DNA from: an uncultured bacterium
Lineage (GTDB): Bacteria; Babelota; Babeliae; Babelales; Babelaceae
Length of the DNA stretch: 64,000 nucleotides
Direction: 5' to 3'
Assembly (NCBI GenBank): GCA_963819815.1
Contig: CAWFXL010000001.1
Location: 192,001-256,000, forward strand
The notes beneath the pieces were generated by a model, which was given only the letters and a program-made list of their open reading frames with translations, was not told the DNA's origin and searched no databases. The number at the start of each line of letters is the position of its first letter. Position 1 is the first letter of the stretch. This document shows, piece by piece, positions 20,335 to 30,312 of this stretch. Made by a program: the position numbers and the translations under genes.

Positions 20335-20410
20335 CTATTTGTGTTTCCCTCATTATAATCAAGGAATTTGTTCACGTTGTAACGCATCTTACGGTAGCAC
20401 AATGGAGGAT
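20335..20410 (+). pseudogene. Remnant of a third EamA copy
   Basis: Matches 18049..18125, including an identical 34-bp stretch GAATTTGTTCACGTTGTAACGCATCTTACGGTAG. Confidence 0.8.
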
Positions 20411-20546
20411 TTTTAGTTGGCTTAGGCCATACATGGTAACTTTCTTAAAAGGGAAACGTTGAGGAATACGTTTCTGTAATTCTACGTATATCACTCAGAG
20501 CGTTCGCTTCTGGTGCTCAGCTCAAAATTTCTCTGCCTCGATCAGC

Positions 20547-21254
20547 TTAGATAGCGATGATTACATCTGGTGAGGACCATTCCAAGGGCGCTGCCACGCT
20601 TAGATCTGGATGGTCTTTGAGATTTTTTAGTACTTTCTCAGCATTGGCGGCAGCAGTTTCAAGAGTATCAATAGACCAACCTTTAGCCAACAAATATGCA
20701 CCAATAAGGCCGGAAGTAATACCTCCTGCCAGGTAGTTTCTCTGTTCACGCTCAGTCATCGCATTGAAACCTAGGCTTCGCACTGTAAAGCATACTAGGG
20801 AAGCAGCGAGTAGTAGAAGACCTCCAGAAACTGGTAGTCGTGAAGAAAGTACCGAATATTCTTTGAGATGTTCCTTGCGTTCATTAACGATTTCACGTGC
20901 ACGAAGGGCCAAATCGAAGCTCTCTTGCACTAGTTCTTCATGGGTCAAAAACTCGGCCATTTTGGCTAGGGCGGACCGTGCATGGTATAGGTCAAAAGGA
21001 CTAGAGCCTTCTACCGCTTGTCTAAGTTTTGTAATATGTTTTTCTTTATCCTTAAGAATCTTTGTTTCCAAAGAGGTAAGTAATTTCTCACGCATGCTGC
21101 TCTTTTGTTCATCAGGGACCGTGAAAGCATCAATAGAAGCAGATTCCTTTTTAAAATCATCAGTTGTTTGTATCATTTTTCTTATATGATCGTCTGATCG
21201 TGAGAATCCTACAAATGCTAAGCTAACAAGCAAGCTACATAACAATTTCTTCAT
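20547..21254 (-). CDS. Exported hypothetical protein, helical with two C-terminal TM segments
   Basis: Probable start MKKLLCSLL at 21254 with GGAG RBS; the longer ORF call overlaps the upstream gene. Confidence 0.75.
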   Translation of the reverse strand: MKKLLCSLLVSLAFVGFSRSDDHIRKMIQTTDDFKKESASIDAFTVPDEQKSSMREKLLTSLETKILKDKEKHITKLRQAVEGSSPFDLYHARSALAKMAEFLTHEELVQESFDLALRAREIVNERKEHLKEYSVLSSRLPVSGGLLLLAASLVCFTVRSLGFNAMTEREQRNYLAGGITSGLIGAYLLAKGWSIDTLETAAANAEKVLKNLKDHPDLSVAAPLEWSSPDVIIAI

Positions 21255-21321
21255 AAGCAAACTCCATTGCGTAAAATCTAACCTTATCACCACGTTACTC
21301 ATCTTAACGATAACACACATA

Positions 21322-22188
21322 CTATGTCCTGCGTCTCTTCTGGCTATGAGCTTGATCACGTAGTTGGTCTCTATCACTATTTCTATCTTCTTCATCATCA
21401 TCTACTGATGCCTGCACAAAGGGGACATCAAGAGCGAATGTACCCTCGATCTCTGTTGATTGGGGCCTTGTTTGAGGGTACTCATTTTGAAAGGCACTTT
21501 GAGCCGATTCGGCAAGGAGAGCATTTAAGTGTGGTGTACCCGATCCTTGGTAGCCATCCCGAAGGTGATTATGTGCGGTTCTACTAGTAGTGAAAACCTC
21601 GTTGAGTAACCGAATGGTATAGTCACCCGTCGATTCATCAGGAGCTTGTTGGCATGCTTGAATCTTCTCAAAGTCATAGCCTACAGCGTTACAAAATCTC
21701 CTCAAGAGGGTGTGTGCAGAGTTATATGCAGACATATCGTCGTCATCTGTGTGACTCAATGGAGCATTATGGCTAGCTGTAATGTGCTGTCGAAGAAAAT
21801 CATAAGGGTGCAGAACCTGCCGAGAGCGATTGTAATATACGAGTGCTGCAAGAATCTTTGCGTGAGTCCTAACATAGTCAGGGCAGTTAACTAAACGGGT
21901 TGCTGCATCAAGTTGGCTTCCCAGAGTACCTCTTCCTGGAATGAGATAATCTTCTACCTCAACAGTATCGACATCAAAGGTATTCGATGCATAAAATGTT
22001 TCGAGCTTTGGAAGCATGCTATCAAACTGAGGTGGTTCAAGCTGGAGCATCATTTTAAGGCTTCCAGCAAATACGTGCTCCACCTGTTGCTCGATAGGTA
22101 AGTCCTCTACAGCTAAAAGGAGTGCTTCACTGCCCTCAAGCAGTGGTGCTCCTAGGCTCACAAGTCCGATTAAGAATAACTTTTTCAT
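21322..22188 (-). CDS. Exported hypothetical protein with acidic then basic C-terminal tail
   Basis: GAGGGAG RBS, signal peptide, tail DDDEEDR...QKRRRT. Confidence 0.75.
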   Translation of the reverse strand: MKKLFLIGLVSLGAPLLEGSEALLLAVEDLPIEQQVEHVFAGSLKMMLQLEPPQFDSMLPKLETFYASNTFDVDTVEVEDYLIPGRGTLGSQLDAATRLVNCPDYVRTHAKILAALVYYNRSRQVLHPYDFLRQHITASHNAPLSHTDDDDMSAYNSAHTLLRRFCNAVGYDFEKIQACQQAPDESTGDYTIRLLNEVFTTSRTAHNHLRDGYQGSGTPHLNALLAESAQSAFQNEYPQTRPQSTEIEGTFALDVPFVQASVDDDEEDRNSDRDQLRDQAHSQKRRRT

Positions 22189-22436
22189 ACTGGCTCCCTC
22201 ATAATCTAATGATATATTTCTAAATTCTGTTCTAATCCTACCCGCTTAAGTATAGCACAGAGAGGCTGCCTGCGAAAGTGCCTCAGATCATTGTACCAGA
22301 GATACTAATGAGATGCGAACTTGATGCCTAGATGGTTAGAGAGGCTCAAAAGGGGGGCGGTTTTTCTTATGGAGGCATTTTGCTATAATTATTCCATAGA
22401 TAATGACTATAGAAAATTATAATAGGGTGATTTCTG

Positions 22437-23629
22437 ATGAACAGGCACCGGCTGCTAGGCAGTATACTCTTTTTATTGAGTGTTTTCTCCCCCTCTCAAG
22501 AGGTGTATTCCTATGTGTACGGGTATACGCGATTATACAGACCAGATACCCAAACAACACTTGACCTAGTCTATGACTACCACAAAGCTTCCGACTATCT
22601 CTCCCATGAAGAAATGAATTCCTTCTTATGTGATGATATTAAACAGGGGCTGTATTCTTCGGAGAAGACCTTTGTTGAGTCTCTTGAGCATCTTAATCGA
22701 ACAAATCCCCATGATACAACGGTGATCTGGGAAAATGCACCGAACTTTGTTCCAGCTGAGGTTCATCTCCTTACCTATCCGCAGCGGCTTGTCACAAATC
22801 GCCTACGCCAATTGAGCTTTATTCCCGCAGATACCTGGCGATCTGACTATCCAGGATGTCTCATGTCAGTGTTGCGCGGTGGTAGCTAGAAAATCGAGTT
22901 GATCGTCGTGCTATTATCCAAAACCACGGATCTCAGGTATGGGATGGGTACAAAGCATTAATGGGTACTACGCTTCGCAAACTGAAAACTACCTATGGGG
23001 CACACCGTGAAAGGGTGGCCTACTCGAGACTTGGCGATGATCTGTATAAAGAACTTTTCTTTGCAAAGCCACCTTATTCTGAACTCGCTGATTTAGAAAT
23101 GATATCCCAAATCTTACAATCTCCTCATCGCCATATTGTCCTCTTTGCTGGAGGACTCCACTGTCATAACATTGTGGACTTTCTTTTCTCTGCAGCCTCC
23201 TTTGAGGTGATTCATTCTGTAGTTGATCGGGATTGGGTAGAGATTGATCCCCATGAGCTTAAGCGGATTGCCCACAGTCATGGCCGAGAAACCCGAACTC
23301 CCCAAAGACCATATCGTGCCCCTAACCCAGGACCTAGTACAAGACCTGTACGGCCGGGCAAGACAGCCAAGCCAGCACCGCTTAAGACCAAGAAAAAGCC
23401 ACCTACAGAGATAGCTGAGAAGCAGAAGAAGCAGCTGCTCGTAGGAGGAGCGGTAGCTCTTGGAGCTCTTATGTTATCTGCGTACCGTGAAAGTAAGGAC
23501 ACTGGAGTAGCTATGTCGGGTATAGCACAGCGCAAACTGCTGAACACCTTGAAATATGGCGCAATACCAGGTCTGCTCTACTACGCATTGATTAAGAATC
23601 AAAAATATCAGAGTGCACTGACTGCTTAA
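22437..23629 (+). pseudogene. Exported hypothetical protein, paralog A, split by a 1-bp deletion at about 22887
   Basis: AGC-TAGAAAATCGA here versus AGCTTAGAGCATCGA in paralog B; restoring the T gives about 397 aa. Confidence 0.85.
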
Positions 23630-23667
23630 ATATGGATCTAGAGGAAAATTTGAAAGGGAGGTTGCTC

Positions 23668-24672
23668 GTGAACAGGATAGGTAAAATACTCCTCTTATTG
23701 CACGTTTTCTATCTCCCACAAGTATATGGCTATGTGTGTGGGTATACGCGGTTATATAGTCCTGAAACACAAACGACGCTGGATTTTGTGTATGATGTTC
23801 ATAAAGATTCGAAGAAACTATCTCATGATCAAATGCATAACCTCTCCTGTGATGATCTTTTGCAGAAACTTTATCCTTCTGAGAAGGCCCTCGTTGAGTC
23901 CCTTGAGCATCTTAATCGAACAAATCCCCATGATACAACGGTGATCTGGGAATATGCACCAAACTTTATTCCTGCTGAGGTTCATCTCCTTGCCCATCCA
24001 GAGCGGCTTGTCACGAATCGCCTACGCAAAGTGAGCTTTATTCCCGGAGATACCTGGCGATCTGACTATCCAGGATGTCTCATGTCAGTGTTGCATGGAG
24101 GTAGCTTAGAGCATCGAGTGGATCGCCGTGCCATTATCAAGAACTACGGATCTTGCGTGTGGGAGGGATACAAGGAATTAATGGAGACTGCGCTTCGCAA
24201 CCTGAAAACTTCCTATGGGGCACATCGCGAAAAAATAGCAGATTCAAGATTTGGCGATGATCTCTATTTCGAACTATTCTTTGGAGGGACTCCCTACGTT
24301 GTACTTGCTGATTTAGAAATGATAGCCAACATATTGCAATCGCCTCATCATCATATTGTCCTCTATGCTGGGGGGCTCCACTGTTATGAGGTTGTGAAGT
24401 TCCTTTTATCTACGGCCTCTTTTGAGATGATACATACCGTAGTAAATGAGGATAGGTCAGAGATTAATTCTCAAGAGCTTAAGCGGATCAGAAGACCAGG
24501 CAACTCTCGTGCGCTCAATCCAACGTCTGGCACGAGACCTGTGCAGCCTGGCAAGTCAGCCAAGCCGTCAGTAGAGATAGCTGCTTCTGAAAGTAAGAAG
24601 AAGCGCCTGTTCCTAGGAGGGGCAATAGCTCTTGGAGCTCTTATGCTATCTGTATACTGTGAAAGCCAGTAG
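23668..24672 (+). CDS. Exported hypothetical protein, paralog B, with a truncated C-terminus
   Basis: GTG start after GGGAGG; highly similar to paralog A; homologous tail continues in frame to 24801 behind TAG and TGA. Confidence 0.8.
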   Translation: MNRIGKILLLLHVFYLPQVYGYVCGYTRLYSPETQTTLDFVYDVHKDSKKLSHDQMHNLSCDDLLQKLYPSEKALVESLEHLNRTNPHDTTVIWEYAPNFIPAEVHLLAHPERLVTNRLRKVSFIPGDTWRSDYPGCLMSVLHGGSLEHRVDRRAIIKNYGSCVWEGYKELMETALRNLKTSYGAHREKIADSRFGDDLYFELFFGGTPYVVLADLEMIANILQSPHHHIVLYAGGLHCYEVVKFLLSTASFEMIHTVVNEDRSEINSQELKRIRRPGNSRALNPTSGTRPVQPGKSAKPSVEIAASESKKKRLFLGGAIALGALMLSVYCESQ

Positions 24673-24927
24673 ACGTGAGTAGCTCTGTCGAATATAGCAC
24701 AGCGCAAACTGGTGAACACCTTGAAATATGGTGCAATACCAGCAGGTTTGCTCTATTTTTTATGGAAGAGATCTCAAGATCAGACAACAAAGTCTGCTTG
24801 AACGGGGTTATCTAGGAAACAATTGATGAAATATTGAGCCAAGGAACGAGCAGATGGGTGGAATTGGCTTGACAAAAGAGACTCGATGCCACATGATCTT
24901 CATGTAGACGTACCTAAGAAGAAAGCC

Positions 24928-25791
24928 ATGAAATTCAATCAACCAGCCTCATCTATATTCCCGCCAGATGGTCTTAATGCTGAAGCAGCATTAGGGCGAA
25001 CGACGCACTTGGCCATTGTTGGGCATCAAGATGATACCGAGATTCTTGCTATTGATGGCATCCTTGCCTGCTTTCAGCAGAAAGATCAGTGGTTTACCAG
25101 TGTCGTGGTGACCGACGGGCGAGGTTCCCCTCGATCAGGCACGTATACAGCATACACCGATGATGATATGCGAGCAGTGCGAATTAAAGAACAGATGAGT
25201 GCTGCTATGATAGGGGAGTATGCTGCACAAGTATTCTTAGACTATCCAAGCTCTCAGGTTAAATCACCCAACGATCATCTTATTGACGATCTCGTCGACG
25301 TTATCAGAAGAACTCAACCTAAAGTTATCTATACGCACAATTTGGCTGATAAACATGAAACGCACGTAGCAGTGAGTCTTAGAGTGATAGAGGCCTTACG
25401 TCGTATGCCGCATACAGAGCGCCCTCAAAAGCTTTATGGCTCTGAAGTGTGGCGTGATCTTGATTGGCTTACAGATGAGGACAAAATTACGTTTGACTGC
25501 TCATCTCATGAAAGCCTTCAGCAAGCACTTCTTGGAGTTTTTGAGTCGCAAATTTCAGGAGGAAAGCGGTATGACCTGGCTACTATGGGGCGCCGAAAGG
25601 CCCATGCTACCTATGCAGTAAGCCATCAGACTGATGTTCAGACTGGTAGTGCCTTTGCAATGGACTTAACGCCCCTTATTAAGGAGGACTCGCTTGATAT
25701 AGATTCCTTTGTAGAGTCTTTGATTAATCGGTTTAAAGAAGATGTGCAAAGTCGCTTATACAAGCTGATGCAGAAGCAGGATACACGCTAA
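24928..25791 (+). CDS. PIG-L/LmbE family N-acetylglucosaminyl deacetylase
   Basis: GHQDDTE, VVTDGRGS, RIKEQ, FLDYP, IYTHN..DKHETH. Confidence 0.88.
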   Translation: MKFNQPASSIFPPDGLNAEAALGRTTHLAIVGHQDDTEILAIDGILACFQQKDQWFTSVVVTDGRGSPRSGTYTAYTDDDMRAVRIKEQMSAAMIGEYAAQVFLDYPSSQVKSPNDHLIDDLVDVIRRTQPKVIYTHNLADKHETHVAVSLRVIEALRRMPHTERPQKLYGSEVWRDLDWLTDEDKITFDCSSHESLQQALLGVFESQISGGKRYDLATMGRRKAHATYAVSHQTDVQTGSAFAMDLTPLIKEDSLDIDSFVESLINRFKEDVQSRLYKLMQKQDTR

Positions 25792-25827
25792 GCGTATCTG
25801 AAAAATGTGCCAAATAGGATTGAGGCT

Positions 25828-25855
25828 TTGACATTTTCATCATTTTTGTTATAAT
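25828..25855 (+). promoter_or_regulatory. Near-consensus sigma70 promoter
   Basis: TTGACA, 16 nt spacer ending in TGT, then TATAAT. Confidence 0.7.
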
Positions 25856-25899
25856 TCAATTAGTATAAATAATAAGAAATATAACAACGAGGAACTTCT

Positions 25900-26193
25900 A
25901 TGAACTTGCTTAAAATTTCGTTTGCGGCGATTGTGGTAAGCTTTGGGCTTTGCGCTCCATCCTTTGCCCATCGTTACGTCAATCCAACCTACTATTCAAA
26001 GTGTTACGACTGTCCAACTCAGGTAGTCTACCAAGAACCTGTGTACGTTCAGAGGGTACCTATGGTTGAGTATGTTCAACCTGTGTATGTACAACCTACC
26101 TATGTTCGTCAGTATCGTTCATATCATAGACCACACCGTCATCACTACCGTCACTCATACCGACCATCAATTAACTTTTCATTTGGTTTTTAA
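25900..26193 (+). CDS. Small exported Tyr/Pro/Val- and His/Arg-rich protein
   Basis: GAGGA RBS, signal peptide, PVYVQ/EYVQPVYVQPTYV repeats, C-terminal FSFGF. Confidence 0.8.
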   Translation: MNLLKISFAAIVVSFGLCAPSFAHRYVNPTYYSKCYDCPTQVVYQEPVYVQRVPMVEYVQPVYVQPTYVRQYRSYHRPHRHHYRHSYRPSINFSFGF

Positions 26194-26202
26194 GTGATTG
26201 AA

Positions 26203-26229
26203 GGAGGTACTCATATACAGAGTACCTCC
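26203..26229. terminator. Hairpin between convergent genes
   Basis: GGAGGTACTC-7 nt-GAGTACCTCC, perfect 10-bp stem. Confidence 0.7.
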
Positions 26230-26282
26230 CATTGCTTAGCTTTGAAGCGCTACCACTTGATTACTTGATGGGTATCCACGTC

Positions 26283-27488
26283 CTATTTTTTTTGATAACG
26301 GCGTAGGGGAAGAAGGGTGATAATGCTGAGAAAGCTTATAATTCCCGCTATGCAAAATGCAGCTTTGGCGCCTATCATACGCCAGATGATTCCTAGTATA
26401 ATACTCGAGAGCAACGCAGCAAGACTATCAATAGTATTGATAATGCCATAACCTGTTCCACGTACATTCTCAGGTAGAACATCCGCAGCAAGAGATTTCT
26501 GTAGACTTACGTAGGTTCCTGCGCTAAATCCTGAAAGGAAGAAGATGCAGAGGGCTGAAATGAGTGAGGTACTCTGCCAGGCAAGAAGAAAACACATAAT
26601 CCCAAAAAATCCAAAGCCTCCTATCCCTAAAGGAATAAGGCGTCCAATCTTATCGCTGATAGATCCCATTGCATAACTTGAAAATGTCTGAATAATATTG
26701 CGGAAAATATACATAAGAGCAACGGTACTTAATGCTACTGCCGCAGAAGCCCCTGGAGAGAGTACTTCTTGCATGCGCAGTACTAAGAGACTTTTATTAA
26801 AATTACCTAATCCAAACATCAGAAAAACCCCCATAAGATAATAGAAAGCCCTGGGTAAGGAATTCTTAAAGATAAACAAGAACGAAAATGGTTCATTGGT
26901 GACAGTATGCGGAACATCTTTGACCAGCATATATATAATAAGACAGGCAAGAACTCCTGGAATGAGCGTTATGAGAAAGAGCTTATGCGGTGACCAGTCA
27001 GCAAGAAAATAGACAATGAGTGGACCAAGTATCGATCCAAGAGTATCAAAGGCCTGTCTAAATCCAAAAGCTCTTCCGTAATAGGCTTGAGGAGTTGAAT
27101 CAGCAATGATAGCACTTCGGGGAGCACTGATGATACCTCTTCCAATCCAGGCTCCTGTCATGAGGAGAAATACGGTAACCCAATGGTTAGCAAAAGCAAG
27201 GAGACCTACGAGTGATCCTGCAAGAAAATAGCCAAAGACAATCATAGGTTTACGGTTCGTAAGCTGGTCACTCAATTTTCCAGCATAGAGACCCGAGAGA
27301 CTTGCTACGGCTGTAGAGGTTCCTCCAATAAGGGCCACATAAGGAGGTGCGGCATCTTTTCCGAGCAACTGAGAAATCAATAGAGGAAGTATGAGTGGTA
27401 CAACTTCATGACTTGCGTCACTCATAGTGCTCGCCAAGCTAAATCCGACGACGTTCTTAGTAAGCCATTGTGGATAAGAAATTTTCAT
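26283..27488 (-). CDS. MFS transporter
   Basis: About 12 TM segments, GKLSDQLTNRK, GSISDKIGR, GRAFGF; start MKISYP at 27488 after AAAAGGAG. Confidence 0.92.
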   Translation of the reverse strand: MKISYPQWLTKNVVGFSLASTMSDASHEVVPLILPLLISQLLGKDAAPPYVALIGGTSTAVASLSGLYAGKLSDQLTNRKPMIVFGYFLAGSLVGLLAFANHWVTVFLLMTGAWIGRGIISAPRSAIIADSTPQAYYGRAFGFRQAFDTLGSILGPLIVYFLADWSPHKLFLITLIPGVLACLIIYMLVKDVPHTVTNEPFSFLFIFKNSLPRAFYYLMGVFLMFGLGNFNKSLLVLRMQEVLSPGASAAVALSTVALMYIFRNIIQTFSSYAMGSISDKIGRLIPLGIGGFGFFGIMCFLLAWQSTSLISALCIFFLSGFSAGTYVSLQKSLAADVLPENVRGTGYGIINTIDSLAALLSSIILGIIWRMIGAKAAFCIAGIISFLSIITLLPLRRYQKK

Positions 27489-27543
27489 GGGATCTCCTTT
27501 TGAAGGAGTATACACAGGTCTTTTTCAAAAAATATAGATTTTG
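27480..27543. repeat. 64-bp direct repeat, left copy (contains the MFS start codon and RBS)
   Basis: 63/64 identical to 29324..29387. Confidence 0.95.
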
Positions 27544-27692
27544 GTGGTAATTGGGCGTAGAATAGCACCCATGAGAAAAAGATGATACCAACAGCTCATG
27601 AAGTGGTTTTTACTACGCAGTCTGCTATCTAAAATTCTGCGCAGTAGATTTGCTCACTTCCTTTACATGTACTCTTTTGGGTATGATAGATC

Positions 27693-29135
27693 TTAGTTGT
27701 CGGGTGAGAAGATATCTGAAAAATTAATAATTTTTGCAAAAAAACCATTTGCTATAACTTCTTCATCGACGCCATTCACGTGAACTAAAACGGGCCTCAT
27801 TGAAAACCCTTTGGGATGAATCAGATGGGCCATTTTTTTTTGCATCTCTTTTATCACAGCTTTTCCAACGGGGTTTTTGGAAAACTTAAACTCACAAAGC
27901 CATAGCCCCCCGAAATGTGTCTGAATAAGATAATCAATCTGGCATCCAGGGAGCTTATTTGTCTTTCGTTGGAAAAAGGGATTGTCAGATACTATTTCAT
28001 CATGGCTGATTCCTAAGCAGTCCTTAATATATTGGCGATTTCTTAAAACGAGGTTGTCAAATTGCAGACCCATAAGAGAATCCCATCCGGGAAGCAATGA
28101 GAGTGATTTGGCAGTAAATGTATCAGTTTCTATTTTGGGTAGGTTTTTTTCAATATATTTCAAATAAAATCTTACGTAGTTATCGCTTAAGCGAAAATGA
28201 CTTAACCGTGAAGCTTCTCCTGAAGCAATATGCCAAGTATAGTCACGACTGACAAAGCCAGACTTTATAAGATCTTCAAGATATTCGCCTACAGATCCGC
28301 CTTGGTTTAACTCGAGTATTTTAGTTATTTCCTTAAGTTCACGAGCACCGTCTGCAAGGGTCTCAATAATTTTCTTATAGGTTTCAGTGCGCCGGGAAAA
28401 GATGTCATTAAAGATATCTTTAAACTCATGAACCAAAAGACCACGTTTAGTGAAACAGAGTTTGCGAATCGTTTGCTCTGCGGGTAAAGAAGGATTCATT
28501 TCTTCAAGATACCGAGGGACTCCACCGGTTACTGAGAGTACTTTTAGTTTTTCATAGGCCGAAATGAAATCCCCATTCTGAGCCCAAAACTGGTTACACT
28601 CTTTGAGTGGGAGCTCTTCAAGGGTGAGCCGATAAGATATTCGGCCAACGAAACCGGTGCTTGATAAGATGTTTTTATCGATCCACGTAGAAACTGATCC
28701 ACACAGGACAAGAATGAGGTTAGGGTTTTTCGCGAAATAGATGTCCCAGGCGTTCTTGAGTTTCCCTAAAAATTCAGGATCTTTTGAACCCATCCATGAA
28801 ATCTCATCAAATAGAACAATAATCCTACCGGTTTGAATGTCCCTATGCAACAAAATGAAGAGTTTGCTCCAATCGTCAGCAAAAACCTCAGGGGTTCCTG
28901 TTTGAGCGCTTAATTGACGAGAAAACTCATCTAATTGTGACTGCATCGTTGTGGCAGCGACAGGTGGGCTACCGGAAAAGTGGTAGAATGTATGATTCTT
29001 AGCAAATTCTTCAACGAGACGACTTTTGCCGATTCGTCGACGTCCCTGAATAACGACGAGACTTGCAGTTTTTTTTTCAAATAATTCCGAAAGCTCAGCT
29101 AGTTCACGCTTTCTACCAATAAATGGGCGGGCCAT
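27693..29135 (-). CDS. AAA ATPase (ATPase_2-like) with probable wHTH and PD-(D/E)XK-like C-terminus; paralog of 15504..16967
   Basis: FIGRKRE, QGRRRIGKS, LFDEI, GGVPRYL, QIDYLI...CEFKF; start MARPF at 29135. Confidence 0.9.
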   Translation of the reverse strand: MARPFIGRKRELAELSELFEKKTASLVVIQGRRRIGKSRLVEEFAKNHTFYHFSGSPPVAATTMQSQLDEFSRQLSAQTGTPEVFADDWSKLFILLHRDIQTGRIIVLFDEISWMGSKDPEFLGKLKNAWDIYFAKNPNLILVLCGSVSTWIDKNILSSTGFVGRISYRLTLEELPLKECNQFWAQNGDFISAYEKLKVLSVTGGVPRYLEEMNPSLPAEQTIRKLCFTKRGLLVHEFKDIFNDIFSRRTETYKKIIETLADGARELKEITKILELNQGGSVGEYLEDLIKSGFVSRDYTWHIASGEASRLSHFRLSDNYVRFYLKYIEKNLPKIETDTFTAKSLSLLPGWDSLMGLQFDNLVLRNRQYIKDCLGISHDEIVSDNPFFQRKTNKLPGCQIDYLIQTHFGGLWLCEFKFSKNPVGKAVIKEMQKKMAHLIHPKGFSMRPVLVHVNGVDEEVIANGFFAKIINFSDIFSPDN

Positions 29136-29167
29136 AGGGTACTCCAATATCAAAAACTTTCTAAAGA

Positions 29168-29266
29168 TCACTAATCATAAATGGAAAAAGCCAATTATGA
29201 TTGGTGAAACTCTGCCCCAAGTTTACCACTCATAATTGGAAAAAGTCGATTATGATTAGTGAAACT
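29168..29266. repeat. Two tandem inverted-repeat units upstream of the ATPase gene, 55-bp period
   Basis: TCACTAATCATAA..GGAAAAAG....TTATGATTGGTGAAACT and TTACCACTCATAA..GGAAAAAG....TTATGATTAGTGAAACT. Confidence 0.9.
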
Positions 29267-29323
29267 TTGAGAGCGCTGAATTGTCCTACCTTTTCCATGC
29301 CCCCCGATTGCATGTAGATATGT

Positions 29324-29387
29324 AATTTTCATGGGATCTCCTTTTGAAGGAGTATACATAGGTCTTTTTCAAAAAATATAGATTTTG
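29324..29387. repeat. 64-bp direct repeat, right copy
   Basis: 63/64 identical to 27480..27543; offset 1844 bp. Confidence 0.95.
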
Positions 29388-29447
29388 AGTACATTTGAGA
29401 GTACACTTACCGGCATATGGGCAGGTCCTCTTCAGAAAGGGTTTTCT

Positions 29448-30074
29448 ATGAATCGCTATCATGCTTTTCTTTGTAGTGTACTATTCTGCGGCTTACTCTT
29501 TGGATCTGAGCAGCGGACTCTTCAAAGAACCTATTCTACGTTTCCAGCTGCAGATGCTCTTAAGCGTGCCATACGCAGAGGTGATGTTGATATCGTTAGG
29601 GAGCGCATGGCGGTGCTACCTCTCGGCATTGATTCTCAGTATGCGTATCTAGGATTAGCTCGTTCGTTTGATATGTGTAGCTTTTTGCTTGATGCGATCT
29701 GTTCTTCTTGGGTTGAGCGAATTAAAAGATCACCGCAAGATGCCCTAAAAACTCTTCATGTAGGACTTACTAGACTTTATAAATCGTTTCCGCTTGATGA
29801 GCTTGATCATGGGTTTCGATGTACTCTTGCTAAAATCAGAAGAGCAGCGCTTCTGTTACCCCGCGTAGCTGCGGATCCAAAAGCAAAAGCCCTTGCAAGT
29901 TCGATTCCCGACTATTTTTATCACCATGATGCTAGGATGATACAGGCTTACCGGGAAGCTTTTGAGGAGCACACCGATCTGAGTCCAGAGCGTAAGGAGC
30001 TTCTTTCAAGAGCCCATAGAATATATACGAGAACACTTCTGATTCAATCACAATCGCAAGAGACAGCTGACTAG
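29448..30074 (+). CDS. Exported hypothetical protein
   Basis: Probable start MNRYHAFLC after GAAAGGG; signal-like N-terminus. Confidence 0.7.
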   Translation: MNRYHAFLCSVLFCGLLFGSEQRTLQRTYSTFPAADALKRAIRRGDVDIVRERMAVLPLGIDSQYAYLGLARSFDMCSFLLDAICSSWVERIKRSPQDALKTLHVGLTRLYKSFPLDELDHGFRCTLAKIRRAALLLPRVAADPKAKALASSIPDYFYHHDARMIQAYREAFEEHTDLSPERKELLSRAHRIYTRTLLIQSQSQETAD

Positions 30075-30312
30075 CATGCTCGAAGGGTGCTCCATGATGT
30101 GTGGTTGTCATGCCTCGTCAGTTATTCTCTTACTAATTCGGCGGCAAGTCGCAGAAATTATCTTCTAAAGATACTAATGAGTTACGACTTTGGAATGGAA
30201 TAATCAATACGCTCACAACTTGAATTTGCGAGCTGAAGTAAAATGATCTACGATACTATCTAAGACTTTCTTGCCTGAGTAACACAATAATACATAATGA
30301 GAGAGATTGCAC

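Noticed and set aside
24670..24678. Stop-codon reassignment (TGA aligned to Gly, TAG aligned to Asp in the paralog)
   Set aside because: Conserved genes end correctly at TGA (pepA, the LolC/E permease with ATGA coupling) and TAG (dnaA), and no housekeeping gene has an internal stop.
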